Source: Malacoraja senta (lineage: Eukaryota). From it: a DNA stretch of 64,000 nt. Location: the NCBI GenBank assembly GCA_038087875.1, contig CM075989.1:14634001-14698000 (forward strand), given 5' to 3'. The translations under genes and the position numbers were made by a program. Position 1 is the stretch's first letter. Every line of letters begins with the position of its first letter. This document shows positions 12,326-26,147 of this stretch, one piece after another. Below the pieces are notes generated by a model, which ran no database searches, was not told where the DNA came from, and saw only the letters and a list, made by a program, of their open reading frames with translations.

Positions 12326-13216
12326 CTTCTACACATCAAGCAAACCAAAGTCCTCTAAAGCTGCAACATGACTTCCTGACTATTATACTCAATACAATTC
12401 TGACGGACACAGCCCTGAAATGCCGCTGCACCTTGCCATAGTGACTCACTCTTTCCTTCCATGGCAAGAGAAAGCGGTGGCAGAAAAGGTGCAGATCAAA
12501 GTTGTGATGAGAGGGCATTGACTTTAAACATTGACTGTTCTCCCTGCACAGCTGGTAGATGATTTTAGTTCAGATTTTCAGCGACTGCAGGTTTTTGCTT
12601 CTCAGGCTGGTTAAAGTTGCCCACCTGTAGAACAAGGCTTAAGCTGGGGGAAGCAGGAGGCTTCACTCTGTCCAGGTTCACAGCGGGAGTCTGCATGATG
12701 TCCTGTTGAGTTGACAATGGGAGAGGACATCTTGCCAGCCTTCCCTGCTACAACAAGCACAGCCACTCCCACAGCTGCTGGGCGGATCGCAGTGGCCACC
12801 AAAGCAGTTGCAGCAAAATGAAGCCGAGCAAAGCGGCAGCACTATCCACAAATGCTGAGACAATTCAAGATTCATGAACGGTTATTTGTCAAATACACCA
12901 AAGATATCAAGCAGAACAATGAAACAACGACTCACTGCGGCTCTGCAGGCACGTTAGATGATGGTAATCCCCGCGTAAACACTTTCATTCTGTACTTGCT
13001 AAATGGTGATAAATGCAACTCCTATCAATTGAAACACCTTGTACATCTCCCGCGTTCTCACTTACGTGCGTAACTCGTGAGGACCGCAGGCAGCTAATGC
13101 TCATTGTATGGAAGGAAGCACAGGTCCCAGCCTGGCACTTGACACATCTGTTCACTCACTTAAAGCAGTAGTAATGAGGTGGAAAAGCACTGGATGCTCT
13201 AGTGGTTCCTGCTACA

Positions 13217-13819
13217 CATGGTTACATACTGCCTTACATACATGGTTACATACATACTGCCTTACATACTGCCTTACATACATGGTTACATTCTGCCTTA
13301 CATACATGGTTACATACTGCCTTACATACATGGTTACATACTGCCTTACATACATGGTTACATTCTGCCTTACATACATGGTTACATTCTGCCTTACATA
13401 CATGGTTACATACTGCCTTACATACATGGTTACATTCTGCCTTACATACATGGTTACATTCTGCCTTACATACATGGTTACATACTGCCTTACATACATG
13501 GTTACATTCTGCCTTACATACATGGTTACATACTGCCTTACATACATGGTTACATACTGCCTTACATACATGGTTACATTCTGCCTTACATACATGGTTA
13601 CATTCTGCCTTACATACATGGTTACATACTGCCTTACATACATGGTTACATACTGCCTTACATACATGGTTACATACTGCCTTACATACATGGTTACATT
13701 CTGCCTTACACACATGGTTACATACTGCCTTACATACATGGTTACATACTGCCTTACATACATGGTTACATACTGCCTTACATACATGGTTACATACTGC
13801 CTTACATACATGGTTACAT
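13217..13819. repeat. 24-bp minisatellite (CATGGTTACAT[A/T]CTGCCTTACATA), about 25 units
   Basis: Near-identical direct tandem units, varying mainly at one A/T position. Confidence 0.98.
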
Positions 13820-15964
13820 CTTTGGTTCCTACTGCTCTGGGTTATATCCTCACGGGGTCTGTAAGATGATGACTATTGCACAAATGCCTCATGGATGGTT
13901 GGAGAGGGAAGAACCAAACGCATTAAAGTAGCTTCTTCAAAGTACCTTGAGGAGATTTCGCAGTGGAGAGACAAAATGTAATGAAAGGGAACTGCAGATG
14001 CTGATTTATACCAAAGAAAGACACAAAGTGCTGGAGTAACAGCAGGGCAGGCAGCATCTCTGGAGAACATAGATAGGTAACATTTTACAGAGTGCTGGAA
14101 TAACTCAGTGTGTCAGGCAGCATCTCTGGAGAACATGGACACGTGACATTTTGGGTTTTCTTCAGTCCCTTCTTCAGAATGGTGCTGACCCAAAACATCA
14201 ACCTATTTATTTTCTCCAGGGATGCTGCCTGACACGCTGAGTTACTCCAGCACTTTGTGTCTATCTTTGGTACAAATCAGTATCTGCAGTTCATTTTTAT
14301 TAGACTAAAATAGCTTGTCTGTTTCAAATTTCTTAACCAAAGTAAATAGAGCCCATTCCTTCCAATGCAATATAGCTCCCTTGTAGCCAGTGACTGTCAG
14401 TGCAGTGAATTCAGACGACACGGTTGTCTCCATTATCTGTCTGCTGCATATTTACAGATCTCAGCTCTGCAATCCTGCAACAATCCTGGGGCTTTTCAGC
14501 ATAAATCATCTCCCTACAGCTGCACTGCAACAATCTTTGAAGAGATCTCTTGGCCTAATCTATGCAGCAAATTCACAATTCTGGCTGTTGCACCCAGAGC
14601 AAGCAAAGATAGCTTCTCCCCTAAGATAGACACAAAATGCTGGAGTAACTCAGCGGGTCAGGCAGCATCTCTGGAGAAAAGGAGCATCCGACATTTCAGG
14701 TCGAGACCCTTCATCAGACTCTGATAGCTTCCACCTACTCCACTCAGCCTGGTTTGGCAGAGGGCTCTGGAGAGAAGCACCAACCAACATTCAGTCACCC
14801 ACCAGTAAGTATCTCACTCCACTCCACCGCTGGACGCAGTGCGGCTCCCAGTCCAGTGTGGGGAGAACAAAATAGGACGAGTGTAAAATTGGTGGGCTGG
14901 TGGCCAGAGTGGACTTGATGGGCCGAAGGGCCTGTTTCTGTGCTGCACGACTCTGTGACACAGATGTTGCTGAGGATTAAATCAAATCAAACCATTACTA
15001 GGCAAAGAAAATAAAATGGCTTTTACTTACTGCGAACAAGATAATCTGTAGGTCCTGAAATGATCTAGACATTATCAAATGCTGAAAAACTGCTTTGTAA
15101 AAGCTCTGCAAGGAAGATGCATAAAATCTACATTTGTGAAAAGGCAGATGCATTTAACATTCCTACTTTCCTTTCACCGTTGTGGACTTCCAATGGTTAC
15201 TTGCCATTGCAGAATTTATTGCACTTGAAAAATGTAAATGCGAATGTTTAAAGGTAACATTTTACAGCTCGATGTTCTGTAATTATCTTTTAAATCACTT
15301 TTCAACAATGGAAATAAAGCCTGGTGGGAGGATTGAGGTAGAGAGCTGCTATAAACATTAAAATTGTAAATTAAAAATATTCTTTACTATTTGAAGTTTG
15401 TTCATTTTGTATCGTGAAGTGCGTGTTGCATGCTTAAAAAAATTCTTTTTCCCAAGTCAGAAAGCGTGTTCAGCAGTTTGACACTGACTTTGTGGTAAAA
15501 CATTCCGTGACACTTCATTCAACAAGGCTCAGCATTTTCAAAAGTTTTGCAGCGAGAAACTTGTATACCCATCAATTCATTCTTGGTTGCATCTCAGGAT
15601 CACACATTTCACGTCACACACGCTCAGAGCCACATACAGCCATGAATCTCAGGGCAAAGACAATGACTGCTGACGCCATTGCTGAAAATCAAACTGCAAA
15701 TTGCAGGCTGATTGCATATGGAAAAGATGCTGTGTGTCTTTGTCCATCTGGATGAAGACTTAACACTTCAGATCAAAGGTTCGGACAAAGGTTCATCAAC
15801 GTGAAACGTTAACTTTGCTTCTCTTTCCACAGATGCTGCCGGACCTGCTGAGTGTTTCTATCATTTTCTGTTTTTAGTTCATCTGCGCAGTGATCTGGGA
15901 ATCAACTCGACCATATTATCTGTGAATGTAATGATTCCTTTACATCAGTGTCTGTTTGAATAAT

Positions 15965-16498
15965 ATTATACAGTATGTGGAGGCCGCCACATGTGAGAGG
16001 GCAACGCTGGATCTGGTATTGGCAAATTGGGAAGGGCAAGTTAATGAAGTGTGTGTGGAGGAGCATTTTGGGGCAAGTGACCACAGTTTGATTAAGTTTA
16101 AGATAGTTATGGATCGGGATGGAGAGGGTCCACGCTCAACTGGGGTAAGGCCAACTTTGGGGGTATGGGAGAAGGTCTCACTCAAGTTGACTGGAGCAGG
16201 TTATTTGAGGGGAAAGGAACATCGCCCAAGTGGGATGTGCTGTAGAGAGCTCAGGAAGTGTACGTCCCCATTGGAGTGAAAGAGCAAAACAGGTGAACGT
16301 AAGGAAGCTCGGCTGACGAGGGAAATTGAGACGTTAGTCAAAAACAAGAAGGATGCATGGGACAGGTATAGGCAGCTGGGATCAAGTGCATCCCCAGAGG
16401 AGTTTCAGGAACTAAGGAGCAAACTAAAAAAGGGGATCAGAAGGGGCCAGGAGATATCTCTGGCGGGTAGCATAAAAGACAATCCCAAAAGATTTTAT
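15965..16498 (+). mobile_element. CR1 LINE fragment (end of APE endonuclease)
   Basis: ATLDLVLAN...VCVEEHFGASDHSLIKFKI, including the SDH motif. Confidence 0.82.
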
Positions 16499-17944
16499 CC
16501 CACACTCCAAAGATGTACAGGTATGTAGGTTAATTGGCTTTGGTATCATTGTAAATTGTCTGTAATGTGTGTAGATTAGTGTTAATGTGCGGGGATCACT
16601 GGTCGGTGCGGACTCGGTGGGCCGAAGGGCCTGTTTCTGTGTTGTATCTCTAAACTAAACTAAAATTAGGAAGGGCCTCTTTCCTCGACTGGTTTTATCT
16701 TAAAACGTTCATCCTGTCACTTTGCGGTTTGCAGAACCTGCAAGCTATATATCTTGCTGTTATTTGTCATAAGTCCATGTCCATAAATCATAGGAGCAGA
16801 ATTACGCCATTCAGCTCATTGAGTCTACCATTCAATCATGGCTGATCTATCTTTCCCTCTCAACCTCATTCTCCTGCCTTCTCCCCAGAACCTTTGACAC
16901 CCTTACTAGTCAAGAATCGGTCAATCTCTGCTTTAAAACTACCCAGTGACTTGGCCTCCACAGCCATCTTTTGCCACAACACAACCCTCTAATCTCATCA
17001 GATTTTTCCAATCACTTTAGTTTCAGAACTGGTGATCAGGGAGACTCTCTCTTTTATTGACAACAAAATGTTCTGATCCTTTAGTTCTGACATAAAACTT
17101 TCTCAAGAAGCCCACGAGCCACAACACAGCAATCTATCTGAGGGGGTGATCTATTGTAACGCAAACAACAATGGGGCAGGAGAATTAATTCCCAACCCGT
17201 CCGACAACCCGTAGGGAGAAAGCTAACTGTGAGAAAAATCTTTGACTGGAGCATGATATCCTGTTATAAACTAATGAATCATGGCTCAATGTGAACATCT
17301 GTCCTGTAATGAAAATCAAGAGTTGTAGGAAAAAGGAGATTAAATTGTCCGTGGGGGAAAGAGAGAATCAAACAATAAATCACAGGTACAGACTACTCGC
17401 TCATGCTAACATCTTGTTGACAACTAATCATTTCTGGGAGATTTAAACAAATAACATGGGTTTCGTTTTTGACCAGATTACACAACAGAGTTACAAGGAA
17501 ATTGATATTTTCAGATATTTATGTTATTGTTAGAATTGTAGGGAGTGAGCTGATTGTGCTCACGAAAAAATGATTTGGCTTCACAGAATTCTGCTAAATG
17601 TCCTCCAAGGTTGGAAAAATGTTCAGATTCAGAACCCAGCTATGGCCCTTAATGCCACTGTTAGGGATTACATTCAGCATTCATCTTCCCATTGTATCAA
17701 AGCCTTTCCTCTAGCCCCACCATCCCCTTCTATCTATATCTCTTCCTCTGGCTTCACATTTTGCACTTCTTCTCTCCTGACCTCCTTATCTTACAGCCTT
17801 TGTGTCTTCTTCCCATCTCTGGCTTTCGTCCACCCATCTGTCTCTCTAAACCCTCTCACCAGTATCCACCTATCACTTGCCAGACTTTGCCCCGCCCCCA
17901 TCTTTCTCCCTCCTATTATAATAAGTCTGAAGAAGGGTCCTGAC

Positions 17945-18441
17945 TAGGGTTGCCAACGTTCTCACTCCTAAATAAGGGACAAAAGGTCAAAATAAGGGAC
18001 AAATTCCCAACAGCAATTCGTTGACCAACTCGGCCGTGGCTGGGTGGATGATGAGTTGGCCCGGGTGCTGGACTGGACAGAAAGCCCAGCTGGCGGGCCA
18101 GCTGAGGGGTTTTGGTCCGGCACCCCATCCAACTCATGAACCACTGATCGGTCATGGGAAGGAGGGGTGGTGGTGTCGGTGGTAAGCGAAGGTCCAAAGG
18201 TCGGACAGCTGGCCGGGCTGCCGACCGACGGGGCCACGGACGAGGTGCTGCTGCTGCACTCCATGGGCTGCACTACGTTGGGACGGATGAGGCGGGGCCG
18301 GACTCGACGCTCCGACCCGACAGTCCCCTCGACCCGAGTAGTAGCAGTCAAATACGGGACAAGGGCGGTCCCGTATGGGACAAACCAATTTAGCCCAATA
18401 TGCGGGATGTCCCGGCTAATACGGGACAATTGACAACCCTA
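17945..18441 (-). mobile_element. Non-autonomous hAT MITE, family A copy 2 (inverted relative to copy 1)
   Basis: TAGGGTTGCCAA...TTGACAACCCTA. 8-bp TSD GTCCTGAC at 17937-17944 and 18442-18449. Inserted inside a Penelope-derived repeat. Confidence 0.92.
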
Positions 18442-18489
18442 GTCCTGACCCAAAACATCACCTATCCACGTCCTCCAGAGAGATTAATT

Positions 18490-18786
18490 TTGAGATACTG
18501 CGTGGAAACAGGCTCTTCAGCCCACTGAGTCCGCGCCGACCAGCAATCTCTACACACTAGCACTATCCTACACATGCTAGGGGCAAGTTACTATTTTACC
18601 AAGCCAATTAGCCTTTAACCTGTACATCCTTGGAGTGTGGGAGGAAACCGGAGCACCAGGAGAAAATCCACGCAGGTCGCAGGGAGAAGGTACAAACTCT
18701 GTACAGACAGCACCCGTAGTCATGATCAAACCCAGGTCTCTGGTGCTGTAAGGCAGCAACTCTACCGCTGTGCCACCGTGCCACCC
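18490..18786 (-). mobile_element. HE1-like SINE
   Basis: Near full-length reverse copy nested in a Penelope-derived repeat. Confidence 0.85.
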
Positions 18787-19109
18787 TATGGATGCTGCCA
18801 GACCCACTGAGTTACTCCAGCACTTTGAGCCTCTTTTTGTAAACCAGCATCTGCAGTTCCTTGAATCTACAGAGCACCCTGTTTAACTGCCCAAACACTG
18901 CGGCAGTGGTCCACAAAACATCCCCTCTTCCTTTGGATCAGGTTTGATCTTAGCTCTTTGCCTGGGGAGAAAATTGCATTTTAAGAAATATTTGTCTTTG
19001 AGAATCCTTTTCATTCCTTGGTGAACAATATGCTACAAATAAATTACACCTATGGAGCTGAGCATATCTAACCCGACATCTTGATTTTTAGTGACTGAGG
19101 TGATTTATT

Positions 19110-20395
19110 GGTATTGGTTTATCATTGTGACATGTATCGAGATACAGTGCAAAGCTGTTTGTGCTATCCAGTCAAATCAGGCTGTACACAAGAACAATGG
19201 GGCCCCACACAAGCACAACAAAGAGAGCAAGGAGAAAATAATGTCGCAGTGCTGAATATGGTGTATACAGTATCATAGCATTAATTACAGGGGAAAAGTG
19301 CAATGGCTATCATGAGGTAGGTTGGAAGCTCACTACGATGTCTTAAGGGAGGACCATTCATTAGTCCAATAACAGCAGGGAAAAATCTGTTCCTGAATGT
19401 GGCGGTAGGTGCTTTCAAGCTTTTGTATCTTTTGCCTGACAGATCGGTGAAAAGGGAATGGCCAGGGTGAACATGGTCCCTGATTATTTTGGCTGTTTTC
19501 CCACAGCTGTGTGAAATGTAGATGCAGGGGAGACTGGTCTGTGTAATGGACTGGCCTGCGTCCACAATTCTGTCTGATTTCTTGTGGTCTCGGGCAGGGC
19601 TGTTGCCAAACCAAGCTGTGATGGGATGCTTCCTACGATGCAGATGTAGAAGTTGGTAAGAGTCATTGGAGACATGCTGAACTTCCTTAGTCTTCTGAGG
19701 ATGTAGAGGCATTGATGTGCTTTCTTGGCCATAGATCATATGTGGTTGGTCCAGGGCAAGTTGTCGGTGATATTTACACCTGGAACTTGATCCTCTCGAT
19801 CCTGTTCAGTTTGACACTATTGATGCTGATTGGGGATGTACATTCCACTTCACCCATGAAGTCAATAGCTCCTTCATCTTGCTGACATTTAGGGAGAGGT
19901 TGTTGTCTGGACCTTGTCATTGATCTCTTTATCTTGTCATTGTTTGAGAAGTTGTCCACTATAGTGGTGTCATCTGCAAATTTGCCAATGGAATTAGAGC
20001 AGAATTTAGCTGCAAAGTCACGAGTGCATAGATTGTATTGTTAGAGGCTGAGAATCTACGATAGTTCTCAACACCAATGTCCCACGAGGATAGATTCTCA
20101 GCCCCTAACAATACAACCTATGCACTATCCTTACTGATTGTGCTCTATGGGTCAGGAGGTCAAGGATCCAGTTGCAGGGAGAGTCCTAGGTCCAGGAGTT
20201 TGGAGATGAGTTTGGTTGGAATTATGGAGTAGAAGGCAGCGATATAATAAATACATAGGAGTTTGATGTAGGTGTCCTTGTTATCCACATGTTCCAGCAA
20301 GGAGTGTAAGGCCAGGGAGATGGTGTCTGCCATGGACTTGGTGCAATGGTACCAAGTTGCAGTGGATCTAGGCTGTCTGGGATGATGGAGATCTT
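19110..20395 (-). mobile_element. Rex1/Babar-type LINE fragment
   Basis: KFADDTT-like RT motif near 19965-19985 and KKAHQCLYILRRLRKFSMSPMTLTNFY. The 3' end is homologous to 5165-5325 and 30045-30150. Confidence 0.75.
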
Positions 20396-22175
20396 CAGTG
20401 AATTAGTGGACTGTTGGATAGTCCTCGGGGAAAGGTCGAATGTAAACCTTATGTTTCTCTTCTAAGAACCACTCAGCTCAACATGAACACAGTACAGTCC
20501 AGTTATAAGATGTATCTAGTATGCTGGATCAGAACTGGAACACCACGTATTACAGAAAATACCTTCTCTTTATTGAACATGAAAGCAGGAATGTCATTTC
20601 ATCTGTCAAACTGTTTGGTTGAATCACAGCTGATCTGTATTCAGTTTACCCAACCTAGGCACTTATCCTCCAATAATCTGACCGTACAATCTCAGTCTTG
20701 AAAGTTTCAATTCAAAGGGCTTTTGGAGAGGATTTTAGCAACCTTTGTGTGAGGAAGTACTTCCTTATTGATTGAACGGGCGATTGCAATTTGCTTCCAG
20801 CTGGAGTAGTCCAGCCAGCTGTGTATCACATTCTCCACTTCACAATCTACCCCCTTAAGATAAAGGCCAACAGTCTATTAGCCTTTGAATTGTTAATGGA
20901 TTGAGAAAGGAAATAGAGGCAAGGTCAAAGAGCTACACTAAAGCACTGCCTGGTCCTGTGTGCCTGCTACCGTTCCATTGGGTACGTTTCATACACTCCA
21001 GTGCCTACTTAACGGTGAACTGGATTTAATGCATCCATTTCTCTGCATGAGATGAATTGGACCATGTATTTTCACCAGGCTTCTTGTTCTGCAGGCTACA
21101 TTTTTAGTGAGATATATTTTATGAAAATCAGTTCACACAAACTTAATTAAACCACAATACAGACAATTGGTCTCGAGTAGTGCATCAAGTTACTCATCTT
21201 GCTATAAGTGATGGATCAACATTGCATCGTACAGTTAAGGGCCTCTTACAGGAGAAGAAGGTGAGGGAATTAATCACTGTGAGAGACAGAAGGTTTGACT
21301 ATCCATTTTAATCAAATGATGGGAGGACTCCTGAATGCAGAATAATTGAGTATGTTAACAACACTGAGGTGGTGTGCAGCATGGAAAGAACTGGACTCTA
21401 GCAGTGAAACTTTATTTGACTCAAAGAAAAATGAATAACTATGAATGACAAACCTGAAATAATGATTGCCGGACATTTTCCAAGCAACTAATGTACCATT
21501 AGTCCAGTGCATACACAAAGTTCACAAAGGAGGCTGTGATATGCACAGCATTAGTACAAATGCATGAACAGTGAAGTAGATAGTTTAACGTTGAGTAAAC
21601 AAGAGTGCATCTGTACAGGCTGGGAATTCATCTGGAAAGATCACTGAAAGTATGTGATGTTCCCTGGAAAGTAGCACTACACAGTGCTAGTCTCTGCAGC
21701 AAACAGCCCAACCTGTTTAGCTTGTGAATTACTGGAGGTTGCAGGCTGATAAACCAAGGGACCAGACCATCCATGAAAACACTTAATCCAACAAGAATAT
21801 TTCATTTTTAATAAGTTATGCTATCTCTGAAAGAGGACATCAAAATCTGTCTGCACTGGGTGAAGAGCTTTCAATTATTTTTCCAGGATGCAAAGTGGAA
21901 ACACTGCATGGGCTCTAGAGATGCATCTTGTAAGTCTCTTGCCAAATCCTTTCAGTATAGATATTGACCATTTGCAAGACCTTGATATTCCCCTCACGGC
22001 AGCCTCTAACTCAGAATGCATCATCCACTTGTCTCAACTCTTTAGGGAATCACACTCTAAACATTACATCAAAATTATTCACAACAAAGGAAGAAACTTT
22101 GGGCTTCTTCTGACCAAGATATTCAGGACCTGACCAGAGTGCAGAGAATATTTATGAGGATGTTGCCAAGACTAA

Positions 22176-22505
22176 TAGCCCTGTCCCACAGTACAAGTTC
22201 CTTCCAAGACCTCTCCCGAGTTTAAAAAAAAATCAAACTCGTGGTAAGCAAGGAGAATGAACGTCGGGGTACGTCGGAGCTCGGGGACGTCTCTTAGCGG
22301 CTCGTACCGCTAACGGCAGGTACTCGGGAAGACTCGCTAACGGCAGGTAAGCACGGGAAGACTCGTGAAGATTTTTCAACATGTTGAAAAATGTCCACGA
22401 GAGCCCCGAGTACCGACGAGTGGCCATTACCGTAAATCTCCGAGTTCGAATCAGGGCAAACTCGGGAGAGCTCTTGGAATGAACTCGTACCGTGGGACAG
22501 GGCTT
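22176..22505 (+). mobile_element. PIF/Harbinger-type MITE, family B
   Basis: TIR TAGCCCTGTCCCAC...GTGGGACAGGGCTT with TAA on both sides. Inserted in a CR1 fragment. Closely similar to 41254-41570. Confidence 0.85.
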
Positions 22506-25193
22506 TAAGGACCTGAGCTATAGGGAGAGGTTGGGCAGGCTAGGACTCTATAGGCCAAAGAGCCTGTTTCCATGCTGTATCTCTGAACTGAACTACAGGA
22601 GGGTGCCACTGCTTCAACAATGGATGCTGCAATGATGAGAGGAAGGTGTAGGGGTCGCCCAGGGGATGTGGACAGGCTGGTAGAGTACATTACCCACGAA
22701 AGACTCCATTGTCCAAGAGGGAATTCGGGGTTACAACCAGTCCCCACGAATGTGCAATCTTTAATGTTATAAAGCTTTTTATATAATGTTATAAAGCTTG
22801 CACTTTGTGAAAGGCAGTACGGGTGACAAATCCCCACAGTTGCCGTGCCAACGACCATGGGGCAAGGACAAAGCCAATCATCTTCCTTCCTCGAGTACGG
22901 CTCCTGTCTACAGCAGCGAGCAGCAAACTGTGGGATGTTGCAGAGGTCCAGTAGCTGATGCCGGAATAATGTTGAGGCTTGGACGTCTAGTGATGATGTC
23001 CCAAAGCAACGCAGGCACAGTAGCACCAGGATAGAGTTGCAGCCCTACAGCGCCAGAGACCTGGGTTGGATCCTGACTATGGCTGCTGTCTATACCGAGT
23101 TTGTACGTTCACCCTTGTCTCAGAATTGAGAAATAAAATTATTCAAAAACAGATCCGATTTCTAAGTTAAAAAGGAAACGCTGTAAATACTCATCACATC
23201 AACATCACAATCCATGTCCTCCACAGGTGCTGCCTGACACACTGAGTTACTCCAACACTTGTTTTTTTTTTTAACTTCCAGCAATTTTTGTTTTAATTTC
23301 AGATTTCTAGCATCGGCAGTATTTTTGCTTGCCATCATCTAGATTAATATTTCCAAGGTTATCAAAAATCCCAGCAGAACGTCAAGGGTCGAACTTTCCG
23401 CGGAGTGCTTCGAGATCCCTAGATGAATGCAGTCTGAAGAAGGGTCTCGACCCGAAAGGTCACCCATTCCTTCTCTCCAGAGATGCTACCTGGCCAGACA
23501 CACTGAGTTACTCCAGCATTTTGTGTCTATCCTAGATGGATGCAGTTTTGTTGCTTTCAGAGTTAAACCATTTCTTCAAAGCCTTGCACTGTTGGTGTCT
23601 CAGCAATGAGGGGAGAAGTTCCTCACTGGTGTGTTATCGAAGCTGTTATACAATGAACGCAGCAGGTCTGCGGATCTGCTCAGGCCTTTACATAACATCT
23701 TTCGGTTGCCTAACAACTAGATTGCACAAGCAGTCAGTCCTCAGAATTTAGCTTGCAGAAAATCACTTTCCCGAATATAATTTCTCCCCAGGGAGGGTTT
23801 CCTTCCAAATAAACAATCTGTATCCCAGTTTTCCACAATGTGAAGTTGTGTCATCTGTGCAAGTGTCAAGAATTGGGATTTGGAAAAATAAATCCGTGTT
23901 TTTTTTAACATACATAAATTGTACTTTCACAAAAATGTATTTTTATTTCCCACATACTTTCCGAGAGACCAAAACTTATTTCCCTGTATCAAATCTTTGA
24001 GTAGTTGAATTGAATTGATATAGCATGGAAACAGGCCCTTCAGCCCATTGACTTCACCATGACCATCTGCTTAGTTCTATGTTATCCCAGTTTCTACTCC
24101 TTACACAGTTGGAACAATTTTACAGAGGCCAATTCATGTTCACACCTGCAGTCTTTGGGATGAGAGGGAGTAAACCAGAACACCCGGAGGAAACCCATGT
24201 GGTTACAGGGAGAATGTACAAACCACACACAAACAGCACCGGAGGTCAGGATCGAACCCGGGTTTGATCTACCAGCTGCGCCAATACACCACCCCAATAC
24301 TAATGCATGAACTCTTTAAGGGCAAATTTCTGTTCCCCAATCTGCCATAATGTGGGGACATCTGTAAACAGTCTGCATTAAAATATCCTCGGAATCTTTT
24401 ATCGGCTGCTTTGTTCAAAAGCTGGGGAAACATCAATAGACTACAGCGATGATATTTTTCTCTCTGTACCATTAATACCAGGAAAGGCATTTTAAAAAAT
24501 GAGTCTAATCTGATCAAGTCTAAGCTGAGTGAGTACAACACTAAGGATTGCACGCTGAGAGGATTTCCTGCCCACTGGTGTCAGGAAATAGTTCTATATA
24601 ATTTCAACAAATAAGCCATGCAGAGGGGAATTGTAAAGTGGCAGAGAGTTGTCACAGGACAAATACTAATGCACAAAAGAGCTCTCAGAAAGCATCCGTG
24701 CCACACTTTCATGGCTGAGGCTCACATCACAGAGGCAAGTGATCCACAGAAAATCAATGTCCCTGTTAATTTGGATGTCTCTCAAGTCATGGACACAACA
24801 TCTTTGTTGGATAGATCAATTAGAGAGACTCCATTTAAGATTCGAGCTCAACGAACCACCAAGCAAGCACGATCAGAATCAGCAAGCTGGGTTTTGCGGG
24901 CTAACTCGCCAGGAGGTATGAACAGTCGCCTGGATGTCCGTGCTTCAGTGCAGTGGCTGGAAACACAAACGCTGAGGCCCCGAGGCAGCGCGCGCGGACA
25001 TCAGGCTCCATTTGCCTCAGCTGGTATGAAGTGTCACGGGGAAGTGACAGCTCGCTGCCCTGCAGTGGGAGCACCGCGAGTACACGAGGAAAGAGCAGAG
25101 CTGGCAGGAGCCCACCTACTCCCACACACCTGGACAAGAGCGGGCTAATACCAAGGGCAGCGGCAGATAGAACCCAACAAATCAACTAACCAT

Positions 25194-25400
25194 AGATAGA
25201 CACAAAATGCTGGAGTAACTCAGCGGGACAGGCAGCATCTCTAGAGAGAAGGAATGGGTGACGTTTCCGGTTGAGACCCTTCTTTAGACCGACCCGAAAC
25301 GTCACCCATTCCTTCTCTCCAGAAATGCTGCCTGTCCTGCTGAGTTACTCCAGCATTTTGTGTCTACCGGTTTAAACCAGCATCTGCAGTTCCTTCCAAC
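25194..25400. mobile_element. Short palindromic Penelope-derived insertion
   Basis: Inverted arms TAGACACAAAATGCTGGAGTAACTCAGC... and ...GCTGAGTTACTCCAGCATTTTGTGTCTA. 9-bp TSD ACTAACCAT at 25185-25193 and 25401-25409. Confidence 0.8.
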
Positions 25401-26147
25401 ACTAACCATGTTCATGCAACTCTCAAACATATTTTATATTCACAATGGTTAAAATAATTCTTTAAAGAAATATAAACATGGAACATAGAAAAGTAGGACA
25501 CAGAACAGACCCCTTGGCCAACATTGTCTGCGCTGAGCATAAAGCCGAGATAAACTAATTCCGTCTGCCTGCAGTGTAGACAAGCCCTCACCTCCAGCGT
25601 TCTAGAGAAACAGTATAGTAGTGAGTGGATGAGAAAGTGACATAATATAGACCGATCGATGACTGTGGATTCGATGGGCTGAAGGGCCTGTTTCCACGCT
25701 GTACCTCGAAACTAAACTAATGCTCCTGGCCAATATTAGGGCCAGGGAACACCTTGAACCTTACTTTTAAACTTCTTGATGTGACATGGTCTTCAGATCG
25801 TTGAACTGAAGAGATCCAGATGTCAAGAGAGTTAGATTTAGCTCTTAGGGCTATAGGAATCAAGGGATATGGGGAAAAAACAGGAATGGTGTACTGATTT
25901 TAGATGATCAGCCATGATCATATTGAATGGCAGTGCTGGCTCGAAGGGCCGAATGGCCTATTCCTGCACCTATTTTTCTATGTTTTCTATGTGTCAGTGA
26001 GTGGAGCCTCTCATTATCTCAGCAAGACATGACCTGCAGACAGTGGAGGCTTTTCTTCCTCAACGAGATCTCCAAAATGGCCACCCGCCCTGACGTTCAG
26101 CATGGAACAGAGGTGTGGTTTTATTGTATAAAATAGAGATTAAATAT

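Noticed and set aside
13108..13931. Five long overlapping ORFs (155-253 aa) and a CRISPR-like appearance
   Set aside because: They arise from a stop-free 24-bp tandem unit. There are no unique spacers, no cas genes, and the context is eukaryotic.
10040..18433. Pairs of similar 60-150 aa ORFs near 10.1-10.5 kb and 18.0-18.4 kb
   Set aside because: They are GC-rich interiors of two copies of a non-coding hAT MITE, with no transposase motifs.
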